This document shows, in pieces, positions 49,227 to 62,877 of a stretch of DNA of 64,000 nt. Each line of letters opens with the position of its first letter. Position 1 is the first letter of the stretch. A program made the translations under genes and the position numbers. The notes under the pieces were generated by a model, which saw only the letters and a list, made by a program, of their open reading frames with translations, had not been told where the DNA came from and made no database searches. Origin of the DNA: Tricharina praecox (taxonomy: Eukaryota); assembly GCF_024521635.1 (NCBI RefSeq), contig NW_026250415.1:310001-374000 (forward strand). Direction: 5' to 3'.

Positions 49227-51091
49227 ATAGCTCGTTCCCAGGATAAGATCTCGGGTCCGTAGCTTTATACCGTATTGTACACGCACCGGGCCTCCAGTAG
49301 GTACAGTACAGTATCCGGACCATGGCGCGGCGCGTGGGAAGGGGGACTACAGTGGGCACGGCGGGATGCTGTGGGGTACGGTGGGCACCTCGCAGGCAAC
49401 ATCGCCGTGGGAACTGGGTATTTGGAGCGAGTGATAACGAGTGCGTGCTACGTGATGTGCAAGCCGGTTCTTTTCCGCTTCCACCGCCGCAAGCGAGGAG
49501 CTAGCGACGGCTGTGACGGCTGCGAGTGACGCGGAGAGTGATAGGAGAGTGACGGAGAGAGGGTACTTGGAGTGCTTGGAGCACCGTGACACCGCTCAAC
49601 ACTCACCGCTCAATGCCAGCTTCCCCGCTCAGTCTCAAATAGCGGCTCAACCCCCCATTCAACCTTCACCACTCAACTCCCCATTGAACCCTCCTCATTG
49701 AACCCTCCCCGCTCAACGATAAGCACTGGAAGCAGCAGTATTCTCCATCGTCCGGTCCGGCCAGTCCGAGCCTGGGACAGACAGACGGTCGCAAAAAAAT
49801 TCCGCCAGGTCCGAGCCTGGGCCCTGGGAGGGATGGGCCGGTCCCCGTCCGACGGTGGTGGACGACCGTCATACTATATAGCATGGTAGTCACGTGAACA
49901 TGATTCGACTGCTTAATGATTTCCTCGCAGCGGTATCCTTCGCACCACCGCGTCAATCCATCCCTTACCTGCCTCGCCAAAAGCTGTAAAAACTGCAGTA
50001 GGTATTCCGACTCGGCCGCCTAATGTAATGTGCGGCGCCTGGCCCGTATCACAGCGCTCGTTAGCAGGCACCATGTCCCACTATATCTCACTCGGCCACC
50101 AAACCGAAGGTCCACGCCCGAAATCAGGTTTTCACTCTACCCAAGGCTTGGCCTACGGCCGTCCGTCTCGTCCGTCCGCTGAAAACGAAAAAAAAACCTG
50201 CGCCTGACGGTCACATCCTACATAGGCTCGGACGTCCTAGGCTCGGACCGGGGGGGGGAGGCCCGCCGTCCGTCCTCGTCCGTCCTCGTCCGTTCTCGTT
50301 CTCGTCCCGTCCTCGTCCCAGTATGGACAGACGGACCGGACATGGAGAACGTAGTCAGTGACTGGAAGAGGATGAAAGAACTGTTCACATGTTTTCCATG
50401 ACCAGACTAGACCAGACCCTAGACCAGAGTACGCACGCAATAATGCTTCGACGCTCTTACCAACGATCTTACCACCTCTTGTCTCTTGTCTCGTCTCGCC
50501 GTTCAGACATGAGCTCTCATTCGACGTCCGAACAAAAAACTAACTTTGTCCTCGTCCGTTACTCACCATTTCCAGCTAGTATCACGCTCACAATCCATAT
50601 GATGCACGTTAAAATCATCACGTCACATCACCATCACAATCAAGAACACACCCATTCTCCATGTTATCCTCTCAATTACTACACAGTCCACCGACCAACC
50701 ACAGACAGTGAACTAAGCTTCAAGTAGGTAGGAAGAACAAGAGATGAAAGAAAAAAAAACGAACCACAAGAAAACATTCATTAGTCATCAACGCGCAGAC
50801 AAAGACAAAGACCAAGACCAAGATTATCGTAAAAAAACAGAAAAGAAAAGACGAAAGAAAAGAAAAAGGTCGTAGCAATTTTACAATATCCCGAAAGAAA
50901 CGGAAAAAGGAAGAAGAATAAAGCGCCCTTAACATCCACAATCATTCGGTCGACATAGGAAAAGGTGAACAAGACCAGTAGGTAGCAAACCCAGAAAGAA
51001 AAAGAGAAAAGAACCCCTCACCAAAGCGTATCCAACCATTAACTAACGCCTTGCATTCGTACAACCTCAGGTCCGCGCAAAATGAATCCGT

Positions 51092-53896
51092 TTACACAGG
51101 GTAAGGAGCAGGCTGGGTGTAGCGGTCGTAAGTCTCATTGACGCCCTTGCTCAAGTGAACGGGGTTGTTGAGCATAACCGGGGGGTTGCTTCCAATGCTG
51201 TAGGAACTGGCAGCAGCGTTGTGGTGGGTGTTTCCGAAAGCGCTGGACCCGTTGCCGGTAACACCATCGTAACCGCTGTCCCTAGAAGACGGTCCCTTGA
51301 CGGCGCGGCGGTGCGCGTGTGGAGACTTGCGAGTGACCTGAGGAGCCTTGGGAATGCCAGTGGTCGGGCTGGCAGAGCCGATGCCGAAGATGTCGTTCTG
51401 CCATCTGTCACCACGGGCAGCCTGGTTCTTGTACTCAGTAGCCCGAGTAGAGATGCCGCCGGGGAGCTTGACGTCCTTGAACATCGAGTCGTCTGCGGTG
51501 ATAGCCATCTTTGCGTGCTTGTCGGCAACCTTGGCCTCCGCCTTCTGCTTGCGTGCCAAAAGCTCCTTCTGGAAGGCCTGGTAGTAGCGGGCGTAGATGT
51601 TCTGCGCGTTCTCGGGGTCGGGATTTGCCCGAAGCTCGGACTCAACCTTCTGCTCCTCCTGGTAGATGCGGTAGCAGAAAGCATCGAGGTCGCTGAACGT
51701 CTGGCGGATCTGCTTCTCCAACAGCTTGACGATCACGGGCTTCAAGACCTTGAGGAGGAGGGGCTTGAAGATGCCGAACAAGGCCTTGTGCTTCGACTGC
51801 TTGAGCTTGATGTTCAAGTGCTTGATGTTGACCTTGACGTCTTCGACCTTGAAGAAGCGAGCGCGATCGTGCTTCTCGGCGGTAGAGAGCTGAAGCTTGA
51901 AGCCGAAGCCCTCGCCACCAAGGAAGACATCGCAGACACCAGTGTCAGTGATAGCCGGGAAGCCCTGCTTACGCTTGACATAGTAGCTGATATCTCTCAG
52001 ATCGCACTGGATCTGTGAGGCGGATACCATCACCTTCTGCGAGCGCCTGCTGTGTTCAGTCTTGCGTCCGAAGCGGAAGTGAGAGTCGTTGCCGATCTCA
52101 AGGACGTTGGGCATTAGGTTATCGCTCTCAAGCACCAAGTTCTCGATGACAGCGTCAAATGCGGGATCCGAGTACTCGATACGAGGCACCGGGACGTAGC
52201 GAACGCTCTCGAAGATGTCGGGAAGCACAACCTGGGTGACGTCTTTGATGAGGTGCTTCTTGAAGGTGGGCTTGCCGTTCTCGTCGTTGCCAAGATCGTT
52301 GAACAACTTCTGAAGCGCCTGGGCAAATCGGTTGTTGTCGGCATCGGCAGCGAACTGATCACCCATGAACTTGAACTCGTCCACGATGCGGTCGGTATGA
52401 TCGCGGTAGCGGTTGCGAAGCAAGTAGTTTCCTTGGTCATAGAGCTGGTTGTACTCGCGGGTGGAGTCAGGCTGCATGATGTAACCCTCTTCCTGGAGGC
52501 AGCGGCGGATGTAGCGGTTGACCGCACGGAACCAGTTCTTGAGCTCGGGATCATTGTCGGCATCACGGTAGATGTCGTTGATGGCATCCATCAGGTCGTC
52601 GGTACTTGTGTTGTTGGCGAAACGCTCAAGGAGAACCTTGAGGTGGTGCTCGGCCTTCTGCAGGTTGGTGTCCTGGCGGGCATCTTTGAGACCGCCGGCA
52701 CCCTGGGAAGTGATGTTCTTGCCGTGGCCGGTGTAAGTCTCTGCGAGATTGAGAAGGGTGTTGATAGCTTCAGTGTAGTCCTGGTGGCTTTGAATCTCGA
52801 CGACCATCTTCTTGAGACGCCAGATGGTCTGCTCTCGGCGATCCTTGGGCATCTTCTCGTGGAAGTAATTCTTGGTGCGATCGCGGTACTCACGGCCCCG
52901 CTGTTTCTGGTCCTCGGGAATGTTCTCTTCGGCACGCTGATGGAGATCGTTGATGCCCTGGCGGAGGCCGCCCGCGACGTCGACACCAGAGTTGGTTCCC
53001 TGGCGCTGGTCCTGAGCGGCACGCTGGGCAGTCTGCCGAGGATCCCGAGATCCGTTAGGATCGGCAGCCTGGGTCATGTTGCCAGCGACGTCTCTAAGGT
53101 CGTTGCGGTCGACGGGCTTGTTGCGGTCGACCTTATCGCGGAACTGTTGTTTCAGGTTGTCCCGCGAGAAGTTGGGGGCATCGTGCCACTCGTGATCGGC
53201 AGCGGGAGCATCGATGTTTTCGAGCTCCTCCTGGGAGGGGTTCACGCGGCCCGCAGCTTTGGTGGCGGCGTCGCCGGCGACACTTCGGAGGAGTACGACG
53301 CTGTCGTTGAGGAGTTTGCGGAATTGACCTGTGCACGACGGTTAGAAATGCTCCTCACCCGAAATCATCCAGGGCTCGTCTTCGCTTACCATTGGTGATG
53401 ATCAATTGACCCAAAGTCTTCAGACCAGCAAGTCCCTGCTCCTTATCTCTGTTCGCGGTGTCCTTATCGACCGGTGCATTGGGGGTTCCCGCTGGCACAC
53501 CCTGCTGTCCAAGTTGGGTAGCGTGCCAGATGAACTCTTGTAAAGCCTCGTCGTGGTTCTTCAGAAGCAACAGCCTCTTGGCCTCCTCGACAACGTTGCG
53601 GAAATCTTCCAAGATCACCCTTCCTTCGTCCGAGAGCTTGCCATTGGGGGTCTTTAGCTTCTTGTGGTTGACGAAAGACGAGAGCGCAACGTCGATCTGG
53701 CTGTTCGAAGGGAGTTTTCCATTTGAGAAGGCTACACAAAGAAACGGGTGAGGTCAGAATGTGTGTGCAACCATAAGTGATAGGAGCATCGAGAGCTAAT
53801 CAACTTACCATTGAAGATCCCGTATAGCCGCAGCTTGTTATCGACATCGGCATCTCTCTGCTGAGGGTTTGTGGGAACGTTGACTGAGGTATTCAT
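51092..53896 (-). CDS. Conserved fungal DUF4449-type protein (SPAC32A11.02c-like; BPI/TULIP-like fold), 3 exons
   Basis: MNTSVNVPTN...KLRLYGIFN|AFSNGKLPSN.QID...LIITN|GQFRKLLND...RLKKMVVEIQSH.DY...YVPVPRIEYSD...VIENLVLESDNLMPN. Confidence 0.8.
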
Positions 53897-55115
53897 GATT
53901 GTGATCTACGAGCGATTCGTCTGTGTGGGGAGAGGGCTGGGAAGAGAAAAGTAGTATGAGTGGTTTTGAGGCAGTATTCGCTTGTGGACGATGGGATTAG
54001 GTGGTGTATGGATTAGATGGATGGTATCAAGGGCAGGTTTGTAGTTGTGGTTGAATTATGTGTGATGGAAGTGGTGATGGTGGTGTGGTGGTGGTTGTGG
54101 TGGTGGTTGTGGTTGGTGTTTGTAGCGGTGGTTGTGGTTGGTAGTGGGTATCGTGAGTGTTCGTGTGTTGTGCTGAGTGAGGGGGGAAGTCCAGATCAGG
54201 GGAGAAAAGAGGATTATAAAGGGTGCAGCGGACGAGAGTCGTTCGCAGCAAGATTTCTTTCAAAGCCCGGTTTTCCCGCACTCCTTCTTTTTTTTTCACT
54301 TGCTTGCTTGAAATTGCGTGTGGTTGACTGGTTCGAGATCTTGCTTTGCGGTGCATGGTTTCCTTGGGGAAAGGTAGATGGAAGCGTCATGACCGATAAC
54401 TCGCAGTTCTAGTGATCGACGTCGTTGTACCATTATGTCACCGTGCGATGACGTCGCAGCTACGTCTACGCCAATTCCCCAGCGATGCACGCACCAACCA
54501 ACCACGCTGCCATCGTCCCGTCAATCGCCAATCGCACCGCCCAGAGTGCAGTCTGGTCTCAGATACAGTACATCATCATCACATCCCTACCCTTATAGGA
54601 ATGGATCGTACCTCAGCGCATTGCTGTCCAGGGAAGAACCATCGCCCGTGGGACACGCAGCACGTCCATTCCCACTCTCGCCTGCCCATGTGAAAGGAAA
54701 AAAGTGCAGCGTCCTGCAGATTGGTCCTCGTGCTCTGTCACTCTGCTTTCCTGCTCAGTCGAGGGTAGTGACGCAGGTGGCTGGGCAGGTTTCTCGATCT
54801 TGAGCTCCCACGGAGCTTCCCGGTGGCAGCCAAAACGGTGGGCGACCACGCTCGAACGTTCGCGCTGCTCGCCCCTTCCACCAATGCCCGCCGAGACCGT
54901 TCGCGTCGCTTGCTTGGCTGGTCGGAGGTCTCTGCCGCTTACACAACCCTACCAATCCCGCACACCTCCCTCTGCCTTTAGCCTGCAGTCCTAACTTCCA
55001 CGCGTCTCCCTGATTCGCGTCGTCGCGAACCTCGCATATTCGCCTCCCCCACTTCACGTAATCACCTCCCCCCACTTCACGTACCTGTATCGAGTTTCAG
55101 AACAAGCCTCCCATC

Positions 55116-57468
55116 ATGCCACCCAAGAAGAAGGACAAGAACCAGGTTAGCAAAGCATCTGCTAAGAAACGACAGACCACTCTGAAGTTTCCCAGCAGCA
55201 GCACCACCGGCGGCGGCGATGGCGGGAAAGCCTCATCTTCGGCCACGCGTGACTCGAAAGTCGCGGCGATAGCTAGCGGGAGCGCTGGCAAGACCACGAA
55301 CCGCAACGTCGCTGGCAGCGCGAAGACTCCTTCTCACGTGCGTCATGCGAAAGACACGGCGAAGATTGACAGCAAGGAAGACGGCGGCCCTGCTTCCTTC
55401 AACGTCGACCGAGCGAAAACGTCCGCGGCGACCACCAAGACGGCTGGTGCAGGCGGGAAAACCGCTGCTCCGATCGCACGTACTCTTCCAAGCCCGGCGG
55501 CGGTGGTTGACGGCAACAAAAGGGTTCACGGCAAAACCGATCCAGAAAAAACCCCCAGCTTTGCTGTCGTTATCAACGTTTCCAAGAAGACGAAATCCGA
55601 ATTGAATGAGTTCGCCGAAGTCGATGAAGGCGGCTACGGGGACAGCGAGGACAATACAGACGAAGACGGGGACAGGGACGAGGACGATGAGCCGGTTCGG
55701 AGATCGAGTAGGAAACGAGTTCGTCGAGAGGCACCGTCGGGTGGCAGTGGGAAGGGCGGGGCTGGTTCTCGGGTCAAGGATAATAAACAGAAACCTACTG
55801 TCGAAAGTCAAAATGGAGACGATGAGATGGTGGCTAGCTCTGACGACGAGAGCATAATCACGCCCGCAGCCAGGAAAAGGCAAAAGCCAACACCCACTCC
55901 CCCCTCGACCTTGAGGAAGGGTAAGAAGAAGGTTGTCGAGAGTGAAGACAGTGATCTCGAACTGCCTATTACGAAAAAGAAGAAGATATCGTTGGATGAC
56001 GATGAGGAGAGTGAGCCTACGTTAAAAAAGAACGTCACTTCACTGGAAGACGACAAGAGTGACTTGCCTCCGAGGAAGAGGAAGAGCTTGGTGAGGGGTC
56101 TTTCGAAGAATGACGAGAGTGACCCGGAACTGCCCACTCCGAAGAAGATGGTTCTATTGGATGACGACGAGAGTGATTCGAAACTACCGCGTATTCCGGG
56201 AAAGAGCTCTTTATCGGAGGAGAGTAGCAGTGACCACGAACCTCCTACCCAAGATGAGGAGGATATAAAGGAGGACATGGAGTTGGCTGCGGAGAACGGT
56301 AGGCGTAGTATCATTCCACGAGGAACTATGGCTTACTAATAATAAGACTACAGCCATCTTGGATAGGAGGGAGCGCAAGGGTGGGTCTAGCAAGAAGATG
56401 TCTTTCAGACAGAGGATGGCACATTTACGGGCCAAGCGTGACCGGAAGGCTGGAATTACTAGCTCGCAAGCCGTACGGTCTTCCACACCTTCAGCTTCTG
56501 CTCCTTCCTCTGGCGGAGATGGAGATGGTTCCGACTCAACCTCAGGCGATGAGGACTTGGACAGCTTCGTTGTGGAAGACGACCCCGACGACCTGATTGG
56601 AGCTCCCGATGTCCAAATCCCTCTCGAATTCACTTCGGCTGCACACGAGTCCGACTCTGAGCAGTTCAGGCTCTATGTGGAGTTCCTGATACACGATGTT
56701 CTGTTTCCCAATACCGTCACCAAAGGCGAAGTGGAAACCAATGCCGTCAGACGTTTGGAGACAGCTGCTGCCTCTTTCGGAAACTCAGTGATCCAGAGCG
56801 GTGCCTGGACGGCTTCATTCGCCAGAGCACTGAAGGCCAGACCCAACTTGGTTACTGGTGAGTGTGAGAAAGCAGATCACTGTGATGCCTGTAACAGGAA
56901 CAACCAGCATTGCACCCTCACAGTTCAATTCTTGGGCCACCGTTACAACAAGGACACTCTCTGTGATTTGTCGAGTGGTGAGGAAGAAGAATCAACGGAT
57001 GAGCATGGAGAAGAACTGTTTCCCGAGGACAAAATCTTCCAGCTTGGAAAAATGTGTTATACCAGAGCACGCAGTGCGCATACTCTGTTCCATTGGAAGA
57101 AGGAGCTCAAGGGCTGGGTCGAGAAGCACCTCGAGTCCACCGGTTACATTGATGAGGATGGCGATCTCGTGGACCAGTCGATCGGTGACACGCCGATTGA
57201 GGGTAGGCTGCTTTCATCCACCAATGGAGACCGCTGGCTAACGTGGATTCTCCGCTGGCGACAGATCAGATGGAATATGTCAAGAAGGTCATTCACAAAT
57301 GTCGCAAGGACATCAAGGATCTCTACGGCGACTTCAAGCGTACCGTGAAGCAGGCGCGCGAGAGCATGGTGCGCACACCTGTCCCCCTACTCACGAGGTT
57401 CTTTGCTGACATCGCCATAGGAAGCGAAGAAATGGAGAGGCGGTGATAAGGCTGGTACCTTCATCTAA
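55116..57468 (+). CDS. DUF4211-domain protein with a long acidic/basic disordered N-terminus, 4 exons
   Basis: DLDSFVVEDD; IPLEF; SGAW...F.RALKARP; CDACNR..H; G.MCY.RA..AHTLFHWK (candidate Zn ligands). The final exon EAKKWRGGDKAGTFI* is inferred from splice phase. Confidence 0.72.
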
Positions 57469-57645
57469 TGGCTGGCATCGGCACCTTCCCCTCAACTCGC
57501 CGATGCAGTACATACACCATGGACGTTCGTTGGGTTTGGATCTGTTTATGTCTTCGGGCCAGGCGCATCTCGGGAATTCACTTTTACCCCTTCCATTGTC
57601 GGGGCGTGTATTTTTACTTTCGTCTGGGTTTCTTTTTGTGTTTAC

Positions 57646-57719
57646 GATTTCCTCGGCGTAGGAAGGATTATGTTGCTGGGTTGCTTATCTGTTTAAGATT
57701 TCCTCGGCGTAGGAAGGAT
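57646..57719. repeat. 23-bp direct repeat GATTTCCTCGGCGTAGGAAGGAT x2 (about 51-bp period) in the convergent 3' intergenic region
   Basis: Read directly from the sequence. Confidence 0.85.
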
Positions 57720-57951
57720 GATGTTGATGTAGATGGGCTACTTAACTATTTTCTGGCGTAGACATGCATGAGTACGGGGCACGGGTGGAGTTGCATCGCA
57801 ATTCATTTTATCCATCGGTTGGTAGCATAGCATGGTATCGAATACGATTGTTTGACTACCCCGAGTGCAGCATTGTAGTAGCAGATATTCGGTCGTGCTA
57901 TCGTGTTGTCGCATAAAAACCCACAATTCGTCTCGTCCGCATATCCGCCGC

Positions 57952-58462
57952 TCATTTCTTCCCCTTCTTCTTCTTGCCCTTCCCCTTTGCCGCGCCACCA
58001 TCTGCCGGTGTCGGTGCTGGTGCCGGTGTCGCAGGTGCCGGTGTCGCAGGCGCCGCAGCCGCAGCGGGCGTAGCAACCTCCTTTTCGTTCGCCTCAGCCA
58101 TCACCACATCTGTTCATTCCCCATCAGCCCCCATCAGCCCCATCCCCTTCCCTATCCCCATCCCCTTCCCCTCCCTATATCCATTGCAAGTATAACTCAC
58201 CCTCCCTCTCCTCCTCCAGCACACCAATCTGCTCCCTGGCGAGCCGTTGCAACCCAGCAACCAACCGGCCGACATCGGCAATCTTTGTGGTCGAGAACTT
58301 GATCACGACGCCGGACACAGGATCGTACGTCTTCAGAGTCAGCGCGCCCTTGCCCGTCGCCGACGAGTGGTACGTCGTGGTCACTTTCGTGCTCGACGGG
58401 TATGCGCGAAGTAGGCGTACCGAGTGCGTTTGGAACTCGGCGGGGGTGGCGGTGAGTTTCAT
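57952..58462 (-). CDS. SRP21: Signal recognition particle Alu-domain subunit Srp21/SRP9 (2 exons)
   Basis: S..LL.AYPSSTKVTTTY...LTLKTYDPVSGVVIKF.T.K.ADVGRL; the second exon is Ala/Pro-rich and ends KGKGKKKKGKK*. Confidence 0.85.
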
Positions 58463-58731
58463 TGCGGGTTCAGGTTGGGGGTGGTGGTGGTGGTGTGGTT
58501 GGTTGATTGGAGTAGTGGGGGGAGAGGTCGGGGGAGAGGTGTTATGGAGTAGAATGTATGTAGGGAAGCGAAGTGAAGCTACATACAACAGTGTGGGGTT
58601 CGCGCCAAGCAACGACGCGACTCCCAGTGCAGTCCCCCAGTCTCGCCCAGACCAGCAGGGTAGTTAGAGCACCTCGCGCTATCCACCCAGAGCTACCTCA
58701 TGCTCTACAGAGCTCCATTCACACCGATGTA

Positions 58732-60252
58732 ATGTCCGTCCCGACCCCCTCTCGCGACTCCCGCGCTTCCGCCGACACACCCGACGCGCGCGAATACCTC
58801 GCAACCCTCGTGCACACGCTGAGTGACATCGAGCTGGCGCTGCTGCTGTGTCTCGTTGCGGACCGGCACTGTATTCTGACCACGGAGGCGGGCTATGTCG
58901 CGACGCTGGAGGAGGCGGTTGAGATTGTGGGTTTGCTTTCCACATCGCATTATGGCCTGAATGGGGGGATGGGAAGGAGGGCTAATGCGAAGGGAGACGG
59001 CGGAGTAGACTGCGCAATCGAAGTTCGCCCTTGCGGTACGCAGCGTGCAATGTGTGCCCGAGATGACGCTCGAGGAGTTTGTGGCCGCCGTTACGGGCGG
59101 CGAGGAGAGGAGAGGGTCGTCGGAGGTATGTAGGGGTTTCCCGAAGGAAGGTGGGAGGGGGCGGTCGTGATAGATCATAGTTAGGGGCTCACGACGGATG
59201 GGGAGTCAGGATGTGGCCCGCCAGTCGACACTGGGAATTCCGAACGTGCTGGTCCTTTGCGATCTGGAGAGTGCGGGTCAACTGGTTCAGGCGCAGGTGC
59301 TCGAGGTGGGTTTTGGCTTTTTGGCTTTTAGTTTTTGGGGGGCGGGTGGTGTAGTGGACTGGCGGGATAGGAGTGAGCGCTGATGAAAGAATAGCTGATG
59401 CGGACAAGAAAAATCACTACTACCGCGGGCACCACGGTGGTTGTGCCTGAAAGGTTTTTGATCATTGCGCTTATGGCGAAGATGAGTGGAAGGCTGAGGT
59501 TGTTAAGTCACTTGGTATGTTCCACTATTGGGGGAGGGGGGGGAGAAGGGCGGGTGGGTGGGCTGACAACCGGTTCAGCAAGAGCAATTCTTCATCTCGC
59601 ACCATCACTCGCCGCCGGACTCGGGCGACGGCGACGACGACGACGCATCCTACACGGAGACGGACACAGACTCGATTTCGTACAACCGGCAGCTACACAC
59701 GCGCCCTCCCACAGCATCGGACACATCCTCGCTCGCCTCAGTAGTCATACGCAAATACCCATCGTTCCAACCGCCGCCACAGCCCGAGACTCCGCCAATC
59801 CCCGCCGAGATCATCACCGAAACCCGTGCCCTCGCCGCCGACGTGTGCGTCAGCACCGAGATTCGTCGGTACTTGCTCGACATAATCGTGTTCCTACGCA
59901 TGCACCGAGCCGTTCGCGGCGGGGTGACGGCGCAGGCGACGGTGGATTTCGAACTGCTCGTTCGGTAAACACCCCTTCCCCTTCCCCTCGTCCCCTCGCC
60001 CCCGTCCCCCTCCATACTGAAAGTAGTAGATGCCTCGCGCCCCTCCATAATCTGGATTTTGCCACGCCAGCGCTGGTGAGTCTCGCGGCGTTTAAGGTGT
60101 ACGCGCACCGCATCGCGCTAGCGACATCCGCCGACGACGAGAGGAGCACGCTCTGGGGAAGCTCTAAACAGGCTGCCGAGACGTATCTTGCGCGCATCGA
60201 TGTGGAGGCAGTTATTGAGGATGTTTTGGCGGGGGTCAAGGCGCCCGTGTGA
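58732..60252 (+). CDS. Conserved fungal protein, degenerate MoxR/ChlI-like AAA with lid domain (Mtc2-like), multi-exon
   Basis: LSDIELALLLCLVA..HCIL; IPNVLVL.DL....VQAQVLE|LMRT; EQFFISH; YLLDIIVFLRMHRAVRGGVT; ATPALV.LAA.KVYAHRI; ERS.LWGS. No intact Walker A motif was seen. Confidence 0.65.
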
Positions 60253-60637
60253 GCTATCGTGCTGCTTGTAATCAGGGTTGTTTTATCGAGATTTGCGTCG
60301 TATTTCTGTCGACTCCGTCATATGTATCTTGGATTCTTAGTGCACCCCGTATCATCCGAGTGAGGTAATCCTGAGATCGTGCCGGCCGACGTGGGCGTGG
60401 GCGTGGGGTGCGCATGTATGTAGCTCTTATCGCTGGACCCTGCCGACGGGCCCCGCCTAACCGCGGGCGGGAGCGGCAGCCCCCAGCAACCTAGATACCT
60501 AGGCGAAACTCTATCTCCCCCTCCATCAACCTTATCCATCGCCATACCTCATAGATAAATACATAAACCTCACCGTCCCTCCCCACACCACCACCCCCTC
60601 CCCCTCCACCACAATCACGCCCATTACCACAGTCAGA

Positions 60638-61581
60638 ATGCTCCTCCCAACCCTCCTCCCCGACCCCCCGGTAGCAACCCCCGAAGTCCTCTCACTGCTC
60701 TTCGAGCCCTCACCAGCGCTGCACGCGCTCATCGCCTCCGCCATTTCCACTTCCACCCCATCCCTAGCACTAGCAGGACGAGCACACCCAGCCCTCCACG
60801 CGCTCATCAGCACTCCCACTTCCATATCACCATCACCAGCGGAATTCCTCACATACGCCGACCTGATCGAGTGGACCACGTCACAGATCCTCTCGCTGCG
60901 CCGCGACGATCCGCGCTTACTGGAGATCCTCGCGTCACATCCTAGGCTCGGCGAGAAGAAGGTCGATAGCGAGGTTTCGCGGAAGGAGCAGGCGTCGCTA
61001 AGTGGTGGGGATAAGGAGGACGAGGGGGTGCGCTTAAGCGCATTGAATAAGCGCTATGAGGAGACGTTTCCAGGTGCGTTATTGTGTTCTGTTCTGTGCT
61101 GGTGTGGCTGGGTGAAGGTGGGAGGGGGGCGGGGCGAGTGAGAGTGGGTGCGGGTGGGGCGGGGCGAGTGCGGGAGGGTGCTGACTGTGCGCTGACGAAC
61201 TGTAGGATTGAGATTCGTGTACGTCGCCAGCCTTGCACCTACGGTGTAGCGATTGTGCCTCACATGCTGACGGATAGGTACTCTACTTACTGTACACAGC
61301 GTCTTTGTCAATTCCCGGTCCCGCGACGAGGTAATGGCAGACATGGTTGCCCGCATCGAGCGCGGCGACATCGAGTTGGAGAAAGTAGAGGCTATTACTG
61401 TTCGTCCCCTCCTCTCCCCTACCCTCCCCCTCCCCACCATTTCATCTCCTCCCCCTCGGCCCCCCTCCGCCCCCAAGGTTTTCGTTTGCATGTCTCGCTT
61501 ACTACGGGGACAAACGAAAATATGTAGGCCATGCGCGATATCGCATTAGATCGTGCGGCGAAATTTACGGTTGCTTTATAA
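60638..61581 (+). CDS. OHCU decarboxylase (purine catabolism), 4 exons including a 13-nt microexon at 61207-61219
   Basis: LLFEPS; ILASHPRLG; SRKEQ; LNKRYEETFP|GLRFV|VFVN.R; AMRDIALDR. Confidence 0.85.
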
Positions 61582-61975
61582 GGCAGGACAAGAAATGCAA
61601 GGTAAGAAAGGCAAGAAAGGAAGGAAGGAAACATGCAGCAGAAAATGAAATGACAAGACAAGAAATACCACCCCTCCCATGATGTACCGTGCCGAACCCC
61701 GTAGCAAATGCATATTTCCGCTCCCCACCCCCGATTGATTTCCCCGGAATAAAAGAAAATGACGAGAGAGAGGGACAAAGGAGAGGGACAAAGGAGAGGA
61801 AAAAGGAAGGAAAAGAGAAAGCGGGGTGGCAGTGGCAGTGGAAGTGGCCAGTTCAGTTCGTCATAGTTGGAGCTGAGAATTTAGCCCCCTCGACTCCTCC
61901 TTGCTTCTCCCGGTGTCGGTTGAAAATAACACAGAACACGGCAGATGCTTCCACCACTAATGCAGCAGCGACGAC

Positions 61976-62877
61976 TCAGCAACAGCCAATATCCAACCCC
62001 AAGCCCAACCCCAAGCCCAACCCCAAGCCCATACCTACACGCTGCCTGTCCAATTCCGCCTCGCTAGGCGGCGACGGCGGGCGGTAGAAGCTGGGAATTT
62101 CCTCGTACGGGTTCACCGCATGCTTCTCGCGCCCGCGTTCGCTGCTGCCGTCGTCAAAGAACGTCGCGAACAGTGGCTGCGGGTACGCAGTGGTTATGCA
62201 CGATGTCTCCTCGGTCGGCGGCGACGGCGATCTCGACGGTGTATGCGGTGCTGCCCGCACCCGCCGCCGATGGAACCGGACCACGCCGTTACGCTGGAAG
62301 CTGGAGTGTGCCGCTGCAGCGAGCCGTTCCCTATGCACGCAATCCCCGATCAGCCGCCATCCTCTTGTTCCAGTGGACCCGCAGTCCACTCCCATTTCCG
62401 TCCAGTTACTAACCTAAACTCCCTCCTCGCCGCCTCCACCCTCTTCTCGTGCTCCACCTTCTTCGCGGCTGCATCCCGCCTGATCTTGTTGAGTATCGCC
62501 GCCTTCCTCAACACGCTGCCACCGCGGCCCCTGCCGCCGCGGCCTGTACCCAGCCGTGGTATCCGCAAGCCCAGGTTCGCCGCCGGGCCTGCGAACGGCG
62601 ACGAGAGGCGCGAGGTGACGAGGTTCAGCCACAGCCGCCGCTTCTTCGCTGCCGGGGGGTGGCCGTCTGTGTCTGCATCCGAGAGGTCGGCGGGTCGGGC
62701 GCGCTTGAGCGTGTACGTGGAGGTGTAAGTGTGCGTGTAGGTGTGCGTATGTGATGGTGCGAAGGTGAAAACTACCTCGACATCGGCGACGGCGGCCACG
62801 GCGGGTGGAGCAAAGCTAAAGGTGATGTGTCCACCGGGTGTCATGGCTGGATGGAAGACATGTTGCGCGGGATCCAT
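61976..62877 (-). CDS. Uncharacterised conserved fungal protein, probably nuclear; 2 exons, ends uncertain
   Basis: KRAR...KKRRL.L.LVTSRLS.PF..PA...LRKAAILN.IR motif; GTTAGT donor near 62413; second exon lies in the 61976..62395 frame. Confidence 0.5.

Noticed and set aside
7885-61581. Apparent nucleic-acid/purine salvage theme (deaminase, PfkB, S1/P1 nuclease, TatD, Dal5-like MFS, OHCU decarboxylase)
   Set aside because: The genes are scattered over 54 kb among unrelated housekeeping genes, with no evidence of a cluster.
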